From Eledone cirrhosa (lineage: Eukaryota): DNA of 64,000 nucleotides. Below, in pieces: positions 25,581 through 39,000 of this stretch; position 1 is the stretch's first letter; each line of letters begins with the position of its first letter. Under the pieces are notes generated by a model. The model saw only the letters and a list, made by a program, of their open reading frames with translations. It was not told where the DNA came from and ran no database searches. Location of the stretch: contig OZ024746.1 of the NCBI GenBank assembly GCA_964016885.1, positions 47,368,001 through 47,432,000 on the forward strand, read 5' to 3'. Position numbers and translations under genes: made by a program.

Positions 25581-25874
25581 CGTGTTCTCAAAACTGACGA
25601 CATTTTCGATGTCTTTCAATGAGGTGGTGAGAAGAGGTGACTGCGAGCTTAATACTCTTACCGCCTCTCCACCACTTCTAGTTATGAACGCAGCGTTCAT
25701 GACTGAATGCAAGGTTTGTTTAGACTTTTTTTTCACCTGCGAAATTTTTTTTCAAAACGAAAGTTTCACCCCAGGGAGGAGTGAAGATGACTTGACCCAC
25801 CGTCTGAAAGTCCAGACGTGGGGTCAAGCTATAAAATAGTAATAAATTGAACAATAATTTTTTGATTTCTTACT

Positions 25875-25932
<58 letters not shown>
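25875..25932. repeat. (GATA)n flanking the 5' end of copy D (outer edge of the array)
   Basis: Directly visible; no further element follows. Confidence 0.95.
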
Positions 25933-25933
<1 letters not shown>

Positions 25934-26717
25934 ACCTTGCAATATATAATAAAAACATGTCGCCTTAAACAATAGTAAGAATATATATGTAGAGAGGAAA
26001 GATTGGGATATCTGAATTAATTATACGCTTCTATACAGACTTCTGATGAACATCAAATATTATTGGCAAGAATATACATAAAAGTACGATAAACTTGGCA
26101 TATAAGAAAGACATCAGCGCTAGCAATAGGTTTTGTGAAGCAGGTGATGCAATGTTAATCTTATCATAGTTTAATATAATATTTCGTAAAATATATTATT
26201 AACGATAGTTGAATAATGTAAAAGAAATATGATAAAACTTCGATTCGTGATATAAATTTTATATATTTGCTTATTTTGTTTCATTCGCTCAACTTGATAT
26301 TATTGTTTGGTATAGGAAAATGAATAAATAAATAAATAAATGAAACATCTTTCAGATTATTAGTTCAATAATTTGTTTACAATGACGGCTGGATATGAAA
26401 TGACAAAATGATATTATAACACAAGAGGTCACATAAGATGGTAAAAGAATTGTTTAAAATCAAATGAATGGCAGAATACAAGAATACGGTTGCAAGAAAT
26501 GACGTAATTATTCTATGTCGAACTGCAGTTGTGAATAATGGAATATAAGTATAGTATCTGTTAAGAAATATTCTCATGTAGTTCATGTATGGCCGAGCAT
26601 ATAGGGATTCAAAGCAGCATGTCGAAATATTGGCAGTATGTATTTTATCACTCTGATTGCACTGTATCACTGGCACATACACCTAGCTAGTCTATGTTTC
26701 GCTGATTAGATCATAAT

Positions 26718-26890
26718 TGTTTCTACTATTGGCACAAGGCCAGCAATTATCCCAGTGTATGACTGGTACTTTATTTTATCGACCCCGTAAGGATGAAAGG
26801 CAAAGTTAACCTTGGCGGGATCTGAACTCAGACCATAAAGGGCCGTAACTCTGCAAAGTCCGACCCTCTACCGATACTGCCAATCCACTA
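26718..26890 (-). mobile_element. tRNA-derived SINE (same family as 1972-2153)
   Basis: Aligns by eye along its full length. Confidence 0.85.
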
Positions 26891-27048
26891 CGAGCGAAAT
26901 ATATCCAAAGTTGTCACCCTTATTTTCAAAAATATTTAAAATTATATAAATAGGGAGACAAAACAGGCTCTGTTTACAAACAGCTAGCGAATACATATAC
27001 AGTATATATACCTACTATGGTTATATCTCTTCTAATTGAAGGAAGTAT

Positions 27049-27123
27049 GGGTGTCGTGTTGGTGTAATAGTAACATATTGGTCCAGCAAACCGAAGATGT
27101 GGGTCCGTGTCCCATCTACGTCA
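27049..27123 (+). pseudogene. tRNA-like fragment or SINE head
   Basis: TGGTGTAATAGT A-box-like and GGGTCCGTGTCCC B-box-like motifs at tRNA spacing; cloverleaf imperfect. Confidence 0.35.
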
Positions 27124-27315
27124 ATATTCATGCTTTTTTTTTTTTTTCATTCAGAGGGGGTTTTTTAAATCCCAACTAACAGACTAATTTTATTTAGTCA
27201 AATACGGAGTAAACACAGGTTACTACCTATTTATAATTATATTTTTCAATGAATAATATTGTTTGCTTTTTCCTCACTGCATACTTATTTCTAGTTGTTT
27301 TGTTTTTTGTATACT

Positions 27316-27510
27316 CAGACCTGTCAACTCTCCCCGTTCGATGGGGAGATCACTCACTCAATTTGTGGTTAGTGAGAGATGTCTTCTCTTGTGAAAATGG
27401 GTATAGCTTTCATTATGTAAAATCTCCCCCATTTTGCCTCATTTCTCCCAGCTTTGGGGCACCTTTTTCATGGTACTCCCCGTTAGAGATTTTAGAGGTT
27501 GGCAGGTCTG
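27316..27510. mobile_element. Non-autonomous DNA transposon (MITE)
   Basis: TIRs CAGACCTGTCAACTCTC / GAGGTTGGCAGGTCTG; degenerate 7-bp TSD-like flanks GTATACT / GTACACC. Confidence 0.65.
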
Positions 27511-27728
27511 GTACACCCCCTGTATTAAATGTTAAAACTAATTTCACTATTGCTTTTCGTTCAAAGGGAGTATCTGTGTAATTTGTTCTCTAAAAAATTA
27601 TATTTATCTATGTCAACCATTCTATATTATTGCGCGTTTATTTAGCAGTTAGCTTATTGTTACCTCGATGAATACAGTGGGGTGTATGTTTCATTGAGGT
27701 GGGTTATCTACTGAAATATGTACGAAGT

Positions 27729-29779
27729 TGTAGCAGGAGTTGCCTCCCTTGTTGTGACACTCACAACCCCAATGGGTTAACGCTCTCTAGACAGGAAGTA
27801 GAACCCTTTCTGTAACTTCCGGTCAGAACCCTATAAAACTAACAACTTTAAGTTCTCTCTCTCTCTCTCTCATTTGCCCTTCCGGCGCCTGGCCTTCGCC
27901 AGGCGTCTTCTGCCAGCCGCGTTCGCCTGGCAATCAAACGGTAACTAATAACTTTGCTTCATTCTTTCATCTATTCATTGACATGTCAACTATGCTGTTC
28001 TATATATCCACAAATTGTTAATTAAATATTATACACACAAACCAATTGTCTTTGTTATATTCATACACACTAGTAATTTGTTATAAGTGGTGACCCCGAA
28101 AAAAAGAAAAAATAGCAGAATCTGGTGTTGTATGAGTAACATTACGAATACACAGCAAAATTTTATTGACACTATGAAAATACGCAGTCAAAGAAAAGAA
28201 CACGCACATGTGAAATTTTCTTCAGACAGACTCTTTTTCCCTCACGCATCCACTAACTGTCGCAGTTCGCTGTATATATATATGTTTCTCGTTTCTTACA
28301 ACGAACACTTTAAAAACAAACACAAAAAAAAAAAAAAGAAATTTGATTTTTTTTTTTTTTAAACATTCCAACATGAACATTTATTTTCGATGAATCTCAA
28401 CCATTGCCTTTTTTTTCATCGTTTTCTTCATCGTTCAAATTTTTTTCAAAGTTCACACCAAAAGAAAAAAATAATAATAATTGAACTCGCCATATTTGTT
28501 ATGCTAAGTGAAGTCTTTCTTTCTTTTTCATCATTGTCACTTTCACACACATTTTGTCAAAATGGCTGCCAACAACCTGTTGCACTATCATTTTCGCGCC
28601 ATTTTCTCGCGCAATAGAAATTTTTTTTTTTTTTCAACTTAACCTTGTATTGGCACGTGTAAGCTGCACAATTCTCGATTCACTGAGATAGCCACACGCC
28701 AGAGATAACGTTTCTCGCCAAGGATTCTACAGCCTTAAGCTATATTCTCCTATTTGCCGGTTTAAAAATTTACTACGTAAATTTGCCGTTGAAAACTGCG
28801 CATTTATTCAGAATGCTTATTTCTTTGGTCGCTGGCCTCTTGACCCTTCCAGGTCAACGCATTCTCAACATCGACCATCAACTTCGGCTGTTATTTCTAG
28901 CACTTTGCGCAACTCATTTTTTCTGAAAAAAATATTTTTACTGTGAATTTAAACATCGAATACGCTCACTCCGAGATACAACAACATCAACAGCAACACA
29001 GCTTCATCAACAACCAAAACCAGCAGAACAAGCCAGAGAATTTATTTTTGCAGCACTCTTCCTGTGAGAAAATCCATTCGGAGGTTGGAAATTTCACGAT
29101 ATACCACAGAACAGAAACCACCTGCATTTATTCTCTGGAACACACTTTCTTTCCTGCTGTCATGTGATTGCACACCTGTGAACTATATTTTGTACATTTG
29201 AACTTTGAGCTCTTCTCTTACTTTATTACATTGTATCTTTGGGTGATGGATAGATAGATGTCCAGTCGTTCTCTGGCCAAGAGCGGTTGGCTACCTTGAT
29301 ATCTATCATTGATTTTTGCAAACATTTTTTTTTTTTCGTAATTTTCATGCCTGTTACAACATTCTCGCCAACTTACTACATACATATTTCATTCGATTTT
29401 TATATTTTAAAAATCTGGCGGGGGATAATGTAGCAGGAGTTGCCTCCCTTGTTGTGACACTCACAACCCCAATAGATTAACGCTCTCTAGACAGGAAGTA
29501 GAACCCTTTCTGTAACTTCCGGTCAGAACCCTATAAAACTAACAACTTTAAGTTCTCTCTCTCTTATTTGCCCTTCCGGTGCCTAGCCTTCGCCAGGCGT
29601 CTTCTGCCAGCCGCGTTCGCCTGGCAATCAAACGGTAACTAATAACTTTGCTTCATTCTTTCATCTATTCATTGACATGTCAACTATACTGTTCTATATA
29701 TCCACAAATTGTTAATTAAATATTATACATCCAAACCACGTCTCCATCTTATACTTATACACACCAGTATTTTGTTATA
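27729..29779 (+). mobile_element. Non-autonomous LTR retrotransposon (TRIM/LARD-like), element 1
   Basis: LTRs 27729-28085 and 29429-29779; PBS TGGTGACCCCGA (tRNA-Trp type) at 28088; PPT GGCGGGGGATAA; 4-bp TSD AAGT; no internal ORF. Confidence 0.9.
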
Positions 29780-31420
29780 AAGTTATCTTCTATACTTACC
29801 GGAATAATTAAAATAATAGTAGTCAATACTAATATTATCGTTTTTTCATTACTTACATATTTGTGATTTTTTTTATACTCACTACAGTAAATACATTAAC
29901 GCTAACTTAACTATACTTCTTAAACAACTTGCCAAGTAGTGGAAAGTTGAAATAACTCACCACAGTAAGCAGTAACATAACTGTGAAATTAACGAGTGTA
30001 TCTTTAATTTGTAGTAGGGGTTCAAATTTTCGTGTGACTACAGTTTGGAAAGCTATTTTACCTTAAATACACTCGAGCAAAAGAAGAATATTTGTCATGC
30101 TCGTTCTCCTCGCTAAAAATAGCTGCTAATTCCTCTTCAAATAACACCCTACCATAATGGGGCGTCGTCGTGACATACGTGATGTCTTTTACACATTAAA
30201 CTTGGCAGAGTCCATCCCTTCTTCATGTTTGAACACAGCCGATTTCTTCCAGAGGAGAAAGACAGTGACTGGTGCATTTTTTATCGTCAACGAAAAAATG
30301 AAATGCAAAGTTGAAATCGGTGGGATTTGAATTGTGAGAGTGCAGAGAGCCGGACAAATACCGCAAAAGGTTCCATCCGACGTTCTAACAACTCAGCCAA
30401 TTCGCCGCTGTAGTTCTTGAGACTGTAACTGAAAAAATAGACGGGTTTTTTACGACTACAACGCTTTTGTTCATAAATCTGATCGTTCAGGACAAAACAA
30501 TACCAACATACTTAGATACATAGAATAATGGATATATATTCAATGGTATCTGTACGAACCAAAGGTTTATAGGAATAACCTTCTTCAACATTGCACAATC
30601 ATGAAACTTAAGCTAAGAGATGAACGTATTACCAAGTTTGCCTTTGCGACTCTTCAATAAATTGACTTGCTTATTGATTTACTGTTCTGAGGAGAGAAAG
30701 AAAAAAATAATGTGAACTGGAGAAGAAATATGACCTAGATGAACCTAATGAATAGTGAAATAAGTGTGAAATGTATCTAAATTTAAGTAATGACAAACGT
30801 TTTCTCTGACAAACATTCACGCCTTAAATCTCTAGAAAAACTAAAATAAGTCAAATATAAATATCAATATACACTAATTGCATTATGACTGTAGTGTCAA
30901 TTTTCATTTATGAACAAGAGACAGTTGTATCTTATTGGTAATATAACGTTCTAAACATCATATTATGTAGGGGTGGCTCAAACTCCGACTCAACTAACTT
31001 ACTAGTCAAAATTTTAACCTGGTTTCAATCCCCGATTAAAGTCAATCATGTTCGGTTATACAATTAGTGCTATTTGAAAAATATATGAATATCACCTTTT
31101 CCTTCTTTCTGTATATACTATCGGACCTTATACTTAGGGAAAAGTTATCGATAATTGGTAATCATAAAGGGAGTTGTTAGGCGATTAACTAAATACCTTG
31201 CAGTATTTACTAGCGTACATATATATTCAAATGTAGCCGGAGTAGTGTGATTTTTCCTTCCTCTAAGACCAATAAAACCAGTAATACTCTACACGCCTCA
31301 TTCAAATAATAGATCATATGGAAAGGCGTTTGTGGGTGTATGTGTGTGTGTGGGTGTGGGTGTGCACGCGCGTGTGCGTGTACAGGTAGTTGCATTTGTT
31401 GCGTGTATATATATATATAT

Positions 31421-31472
<52 letters not shown>

Positions 31473-31628
31473 TTAAGGATACTATTTATGGTTATGTATA
31501 TACTAAAACCTTTTATGGTTATATATATTTTAAACCCTAAGCAGTGAAAGACAGTAATTTATTACTACCTTATTACCAGTAAGATAAATAGCTCAATGTA
31601 ATAACATCATTTGTTCTACAGAGCAGTT

Positions 31629-32038
31629 ATATAGAAATTACATGAATCAAAGTTCTGTTTAAACCATTTATTCGCTTACAATTATTTCTTCCAAACCGAG
31701 GTTTGGAGTCTTCGGAGCAATTTTTCAATGATTGTTTACATACATGACCTCCTTTCCAACATTCCAACACAAGAGACATACAGAAACATATGTATATATT
31801 GATGCACAGTGGGTTGACATCCATTATAATATGTAAATTGCCATGCTAAAATATTATAATGGATGTCACCCCACTGTGCATCGATATATATACATATGTT
31901 TCTGTATGTCTCTTGTGCTGGAAAGGAGGTCATGTATGTAAACAATCATTGAAAAATTGCTCCGAAGACTCCAAACCTCGGTTTGGAAGAAACAATTGTA
32001 AGCTAATAAATGGTTTGAACAGAACTTTGATTCATGTA

Positions 32039-32046
<8 letters not shown>
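31629..32046. repeat. Long near-perfect palindrome (~205-bp arms)
   Basis: The same translation appears on both strands (…WKGGHVCKQSLKNCSEDSKPRFGRNNCK…); ends in (TA)n. Confidence 0.9.
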
Positions 32047-32091
<45 letters not shown>

Positions 32092-32100
32092 CATACATAC

Positions 32101-32705
32101 ATGGTGGCTGCCAACTCGTTTTCGAGTACGGCCGCTACTTTATATCCATGTAGGAGAACTCCTACCGATGCGCTGAACGAGTGTGACTTTTTAGTCCAGC
32201 CAGCGACTTGAAAACTCTGGTACAAACACTACACTTGTGACAAATATTGACACATAGTGCTGGGCCCATGATACCATGTGATGACAAGTGCAGAGAGATC
32301 TCCAGATATAAAAAATGCCTGTGCCGTGAAGCTTTTAAAGTGAGCAAAGGCACTGCACAAAGCCAGTCCCACTCTCTTAACCAAGATGATATTTACCAAA
32401 AAGAAGAACAAGTCAACATCATTGGATACCATCAGAGTTGCAGGTGTTATATCAGAATTTTCCTTCTCCTAGAATTCTGCCTTGACAAAGGCTAAGGGGT
32501 CATCTCTCCCGGTGATTTTGGATGGCCATTGACTCTTAAGAGCTCCTTTGCCCTTTGACAGGTTTTGTTTTTAGTCCTGCAGGATGTCCAAAGTCACCCT
32601 CCTCACCAAGAAACCTTGGTGGGGTTGCCAGTTTATTCGCCAACGACCCGACCATGAGACAGGTTGTACTGGGATACATGTTACCAGTAGCACCAACTGG
32701 TGACC
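32101..32705 (-). mobile_element. Bipartite non-autonomous RTE-derived element (5' UTR fused to 3' end)
   Basis: 5' end GGTCACC; RTE-type 5' UTR motif CTAGGAGAAGGAAAATTCTGATATAACACC; 3' C2H2-like remnant CSVCTRVFKSLAGLKSHTRSAHR; tail merges into (TATG)n. Confidence 0.75.
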
Positions 32706-32758
32706 TGACATACATACATACATACATACATACATACATACATACATACATACATACA

Positions 32759-32794
<36 letters not shown>

Positions 32795-33371
32795 TATTTT
32801 TTAAAGCGATGAAATACCAATGAAGGTTGGCAGATCACTGATGAAGGACTAACTTTATTCATATGTAACCCATACGAGGCACGCCATGTTTTCAAATTTC
32901 ACATATATATTTCCCTCCGCTGTGACCCGTCTGTTTCTTTCTTACTATTTCCTCTTTTCTTTGTATCTCTCACTTCCCTTTACTCCCTCTAACAGTCACT
33001 CTCTCTCTGTTAGCCTCTTCCTCACCTTTCACTCACTCACTCTCTGCTACTCCCTCTCCTACTTCCTCCCGTTTGACTTGTGCGAAATTCTTTCCTTACT
33101 CACATTTCGACCAGGTTTGATGGTCTTTATTCTCTCTCGTCCACGTTTTCACAGAACTTATGTTCATCGATTTCTGGGACTTGACTCCTTCTTCCTCACT
33201 TTTCGTTGCATTACCATCTTTGATTGTTTACTGTCTCGCTCGTTCCCCTTATTTACGTGTCCCAACGACTTTCTTTAGCCGTTGCTCGCACCAACCGGAG
33301 GTATATGGTCTTTAAAGTGATGAAATACTAATGAAGGTTGGCAGATCACTGATGAAGGACTAAATTTATTC

Positions 33372-33417
<46 letters not shown>

Positions 33418-33432
33418 GTATATATATATATA

Positions 33433-33533
33433 GAGAGCTGAAGGGTAATCCATCAATTGTTGAAAAATATTGGACTCTACAGTATTGTAATGAACCCTTG
33501 TTTACATCCTTATACACATAAATATATACACAC

Positions 33534-33603
<70 letters not shown>

Positions 33604-33751
33604 ATATTGATATTGGTATATATGTATATTGATATTGGTATATATGTATATGTGTGTATATATTTATGTGTATAAGGATGTAAACAAGGGTTCATTACAA
33701 TACTGTAGAGTCCAATATTTTTCAACAATTGATGGATTACCCTTCAGCTCT
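33433..33751. repeat. Inverted repeat, ~105-bp arms around (TA)n
   Basis: GAGCTGAAGGGTAATCCATC... and its reverse complement; the same ORF start appears on both strands. Confidence 0.85.
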
Positions 33752-34091
33752 AATGCAGCTACTAGTTTCAAAGTAATCGACTGAAGAAATATACATAACA
33801 TATATATCATTATATATGACTATATAAAAAGCTGTAAATATATAAAGAGGTGGAAGAAATTGTTTAGAAATAGAAAATGTTATAATTAAGAAATTTTAGT
33901 GATCAGTATGACAGCTGCAATAGTTTTGCGTTATGACTTAGGGAGGATAAAATAGTCCAGTGACAGGAGATACAGATGATGGAGGATTTTAAAATGTGAA
34001 GATTTGGATGAGGCTGAGAAGCAGCTTAAATGCTACCTCAGCAATTTGGGAAGAGGGGGAAAGTCGATTAAATCTACCCAGAGCAATGCTG

Positions 34092-34395
34092 GTGGGTTGG
34101 CAGTATCGGTAGAGGGTCGGACACCATGCTTTCCAGCATAGTTACGTCCCTTTACGATCTGAGCCGAGGTTGACTTTGCCTTTCATCCTTACGGGGTCGA
34201 TAAAATAAAGTACCAGTAATGCACTGGGTAATTGCTGGCCTTGTGCCTAAAGTAGAAACATTTATTTAATCGACCTCGTAAGGATGAGAGGCAAAGATAA
34301 CCTCGGCAGGATTTGAACTCAGAACTTTAAGGGCCATAACTTTATGCTGCAAAGCATATTGTTCGACGCTCTAGTGATTCTCCCAATCCACTGCC
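34092..34395. mobile_element. Two SINE copies tail-to-tail (+ 34092-34262, - partial 34265-34395)
   Basis: Same family as 1972-2153. Confidence 0.8.
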
Positions 34396-34605
34396 CTACC
34401 CATGCTAAAAAGACCAACGTACATATGCTGAGGTGCAAGTTGTGTATGCTTTCTCTCCCAAAAAGCATTGTTTCCGTTTCTTACATCCGGCTATGTTTCT
34501 GTTTCTTCTTTCAATTCTCATTCTAACTTCTGATGAAGGACTAACCTCCGAAACTTTAAGACTCTTTTCTTACTATATCAACCGTTAAACTAATATCTTC
34601 ATTTC

Positions 34606-34650
34606 ACTGCATCGTTTCCCAGTATTGTTTATCTGCTTACTTTTCGCATG

Positions 34651-34749
<99 letters not shown>

Positions 34750-34781
34750 TATATATATATATATGTAGGTATGTGTGTGTA

Positions 34782-34824
<43 letters not shown>

Positions 34825-34990
34825 GTGTATGTGTACTGCATCGTTTCCCAGTATTGTTTATCTGCTTACTTTTCGCATGTATATATATATATATATATAC
34901 ACATATATATATATATATATATGTAGGTATGTGTGTGTATGTATGTGTGTGTGTGTGTGTGTATGTATGTGTGTATGTGTGTGTGTGTGT
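34606..34990. repeat. Local tandem duplication with embedded microsatellites
   Basis: ACTGCATCGTTTCCCAGTATTGTTTATCTGCTTACTTTTCGCATG occurs at 34606 and again at 34835. Confidence 0.8.
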
Positions 34991-35276
34991 AGTTATATCT
35001 GTGGATATACAGAAAAGAAGTAACCGTGACAGCGTAAATGTGCATAAAATGTACACATTCGTTACTATATATAGACATGTAAACATATGAAATATGTGTT
35101 TCCCTGTAAGTGGGAGAATGATACACCACTTATAGTAGTATCCTGAAATGGACGTACTAATTAGCGTTAATGTTGGTAGTTAGTTAAAGCAGTCGAAGTA
35201 TATTAAAGGTATTAGAGACAGTGCCGATTTTGGTCTGAGGTTCAAACTTTCTATGTATATATATATATATATATAT

Positions 35277-35390
35277 AGGAAAATGCTTAACCCTGACGGC
35301 AGAGCTGAAGCCGTTTCGACGGCTATTTCTGGACCAGAAATAGTCGTCGAAACGGCTTGAGTTCTGCTGTCGGGGTTAAGCATTTTCCTA
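35277..35390. repeat. Palindrome next to (TA)n
   Basis: AGGAAAATGCTTAACCCTGAC...TTTCTGG|ACCAGAAA...GGGGTTAAGCATTTTCCT. Confidence 0.85.
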
Positions 35391-35685
35391 TTACCCACTC
35401 TACTACCGTAAGTATTGAGTACTCTGGTGCGTTATGGTCCATCTGGTTCCTTACCACACCTCATTCGTTATATATATATATATATATTTTTTTTTTTTTC
35501 AGAAAATGAGGGGTTTTTTAAATGAATAAAAGTGAGATGTCCTATACGAGTGAAAGTATAAGGAAAAGAAATCGAAAATGCAACTGGAGTCTTTTTAAGA
35601 ATATTTATGTTTCCTTTACCGGTTTCACAGTTCTTATGCTTTTCAAAAGTAGAATTGAGATGGAGGGTTTGTGGTTTATCTCGCA

Positions 35686-35737
<52 letters not shown>

Positions 35738-36135
35738 TGTGTATGTGCGTCTTATGGATGTGAATGCATACATCTATATGTAAATGTATTGGGTTGGACA
35801 GAAAATTTCCGTCGTTTTATAAAAGGAGATATGTCGGTAGAGTTTTTCAATAAAAAGTTTGAACGGCGAAAACTTTCTGTCCAGCCTGATATATATATAA
35901 ATATATATATATAAGTGTGTGTGTGTGTTTGTTTATGTGTTTGTGTGTGTGATTATATACTTATATGTATGCGTGTGTGTACAGACACAAACGCACACAA
36001 TGGTAAATAATATATGAATCCATAAAACTTTGCTCCTGTATACTTTACAAGTAAACAATAAACACATGCGCACACACACACGCGCGCGCGCACGCACTCA
36101 CACACACACACTCACACACACGCACACACACGCAC

Positions 36136-36171
<36 letters not shown>

Positions 36172-37109
36172 ATACAATACGGCAGCAGTTTTTACTGTTT
36201 TATTATTTTATAGCTTTTCCTAGGTGGAGATTTTCGTTTTGTTAATTTAATTATTTGCTTTTAAATTCTGGTCTTTTCCGGAACAAATGAGGATATATCT
36301 TAAACGAGAAATGCAATTATTTTGAGATAAGCAATAATGCTAGAATTCACGTGAGAATATTGAACTAAAATTTTAGCACATACTACTTCTCCCTCAAGTG
36401 ATTATCAAAGAAAATTGTATGAACTAAACCCGTGAAGATAAAAGCAAATAACCTCTCCGTATAAAATGGCCGTTCTCTGATAACAGATAAAACTCTTATG
36501 AGATAACGACATGTAATGTTTGACTGGAAAGCAGGCAATACATAAACAAATATATCAATGCACTCTCGTTCCTCAGCTATAACTATTAAGAAATCGTAAT
36601 AAATGTCATTTACACTATCTCTACAAGCGATTAAACAGTTTCGTATTTTTCCGTGTTGCAAGAAAATAACTCTTTTTTTGTTTATCCAAGTTATTATCTT
36701 GGTAAGTGAAAACAGCACAAAATATGATCCGACAAATTGATGCTGCTTTTTTGTGGGACCAAGTGCATTGCTCAAAGAGAAGCATTTACAATACTCAGTC
36801 GTTTTTTTCCACCCCTGTCAAAAGTAGGGGAGGAAAAAAAGCACCCGTCATCATTTTCAAGTCTTCCAAGCCTGGTGGGGAAAAAAGAGAAAGTTATCCT
36901 CATATTAGTGACCTGAACCGGATGCTTACTACTAAGTGAATTCGGCTATAGACTCCCATGGACCAAATGGTACTCTCAAACCAAATTATCAGAGATAATG
37001 GTCTCTCCGGCGAGATTCAGCGTATATATTTCGAACATTGATTTCTAATGGAGATAGAATGTCGAGGAGTGGGCATATGAAACTGTATAAGTTGACTCAA
37101 CTTATAAAA

Positions 37110-37600
37110 GAATAGAATTAGAATTTAGCTTCGAGCATAGCTGTATACAGCTATGTATTGGAATTTCGTATTTCTAAAGAAATACGGTATGTTTATAAAT
37201 AAACATTTAGAAGGCCCTAGCTATGCAAAAACACCGGTGGCTATCGCCACCTGATGACTTATACAGCTTCATATGCAAATGAGATTAATCATCTCATTTA
37301 CACAAACGAGAAAACTGTATATTCTCGCCTACTTTCATTCCAGTAGTTGCAAGAACGCGAGGGATCGTCCTGATGAGAACCAGTTCAGTTCGAAATGGAT
37401 CGACGATTGTCCTCTCCCCCCACCCCCATCCTCCTTGCTTCTGCTGGACACCGCCAGGTGGCGATAGCCACCTGTGCTTTTGCATAGCTACGGCTTTCTA
37501 AATGCTTATTTATAAACATACCGTATTTCTTTAGAAATACGAAATTTCAATCCGTATCTGTATAGGGCTGTGCTCGAAGCTAAATTCTAATTCTATTCTA
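37110..37600. repeat. Inverted repeat (~140-bp arms) enclosing a hammerhead ribozyme
   Basis: Arms at 37110-37252 and 37455-37600. Confidence 0.85.
37364..37407 (+). ncRNA. Minimal type I hammerhead ribozyme
   Basis: ATCGTC-CTGATGA-GAAC(CAGTTCA)GTTC-GAAA-TGGA-TC|GACGAT: perfect stem I, stem II and catalytic core; predicted cleavage after 37401. Confidence 0.85.
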
Positions 37601-37997
37601 TATATATACACGTATATATATAGATGTATACATACATATATATATTTATAATGCATTTATAAGTCTTCTGCACAGTTATGGACTACCGTTTTCCAGTCAA
37701 GTAGCATTGGGCAACAAAAGATAGTTACCCAAGGTGCCATGCAAATAGTTTGAAACCGGATCTGCTTGATTTTGCATCCAATCAGATCCACATAGTATCT
37801 CAAATTCTTTACTTAGAATATTCTATTACATCCTTCTTTGAAGTTTAATCTGATTATAGAAATGTCAAGCATGAAAAAAAGTTACTTGTAATCCTCATCT
37901 AATGGGACTTGATAAATTGTATGTATGCATGTATGTATGTATGAATGCATGTACGTATGTATGTATGCATGTATGTATGTATGTCTGTATGTATGTA

Positions 37998-38167
37998 CCA
38001 TGGGCCCAGCACTATGTGTCAATAATTGTCACAAGTGTAGTGTTTGTACCAAATTTTTCAAGTCGCTGGCTGGACTAAAAATCACACTCGTTCAGCGCAT
38101 CGGTAGGGGTTCTCCTACATGGATATAAAGTAGTGGCCGTACTCGAAAACGAGTTGGCAGCCACCAT
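37998..38167 (+). mobile_element. 3' fragment of the RTE-derived element
   Basis: Matches 32101-32270 in the opposite orientation; sits in (TATG)n. Confidence 0.75.
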
Positions 38168-38937
38168 GTATGTATGTATGTATGCATGTATGCATGTATG
38201 TATATATATTTGTATGTCTGTGTACATGAATGGATGCACGTGTATCTGTATGTATGAATGGATGTGAATGTATGAGAATATTATAATAAAATTATTGCTA
38301 TTAATATATCTTATACTGGTAAGGTGTATTACGCGTCACTACTTGTTTGAATTAAAGTTCGATTCTTTTTTTTTTTTTTTATTTACTGAGTGATTTTTCC
38401 TGTGTCGTGTCGCATAGAAACATTATGGAAAGAGGGTTTTTTTAATTATCTTTCTCCAAGACTGGCCGGTCAAGCACACATTTTAACACATGTTTGTTTA
38501 ACCTGTATATATTCAACACGAAAGTCGACGAGAAATACAAGCAACACCTTACACAAACGAAATATAAATTTGACTAATACTCTCGGGTCTCGAATAATCC
38601 CCATTACCATGCTTATTAATTTTTCAGGTTTTTCCAACCCGCTTATTAAATTTTGCTAATCTATCTCCGGCGAAATTTTATTTTAAGTGGTAGCATTCCT
38701 GTAACGATTAATTTTCTTTAGACATTAAAAAACATTATACATGACAATAAAGTACATTACTAGAAATCCCGTACGTTATAAAATAAATAGAATGGGTTGG
38801 GTTTCAATGTGTAAACAAAACGAGTAATTATTTTTTTTTTTTTAAATCAACGGAGACAACCTCGAAACATTTCCATCTTCACTTACTTATCTATATATGC
38901 TTGCGCGTATGTTGCTGTGATTATATTTATCTGTGAG

Positions 38938-39000
<63 letters not shown>

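Larger units (their letters stand above)
20473..25874 (-). mobile_element. Tx1-like non-LTR retrotransposon, copy D, near full length and degenerate
   Basis: 5' UTR homologous to copy B, ORF1, ORF2 with frameshifts and an internal deletion near 21325, and a 3' UTR; (GATA)n on both sides. Confidence 0.92.

Noticed and set aside
8017-25839. Many plus-strand ORFs repeated across the Tx1 copies
   Set aside because: They are antisense shadows of GC-rich ORF1/ORF2 with no independent protein signature.
7366-25932. Array as a simple tandem duplication or a CRISPR-like repeat-spacer system
   Set aside because: Units are divergent subfamilies with different 5' truncations, which fits independent insertions; there are no cas genes or short spacers.
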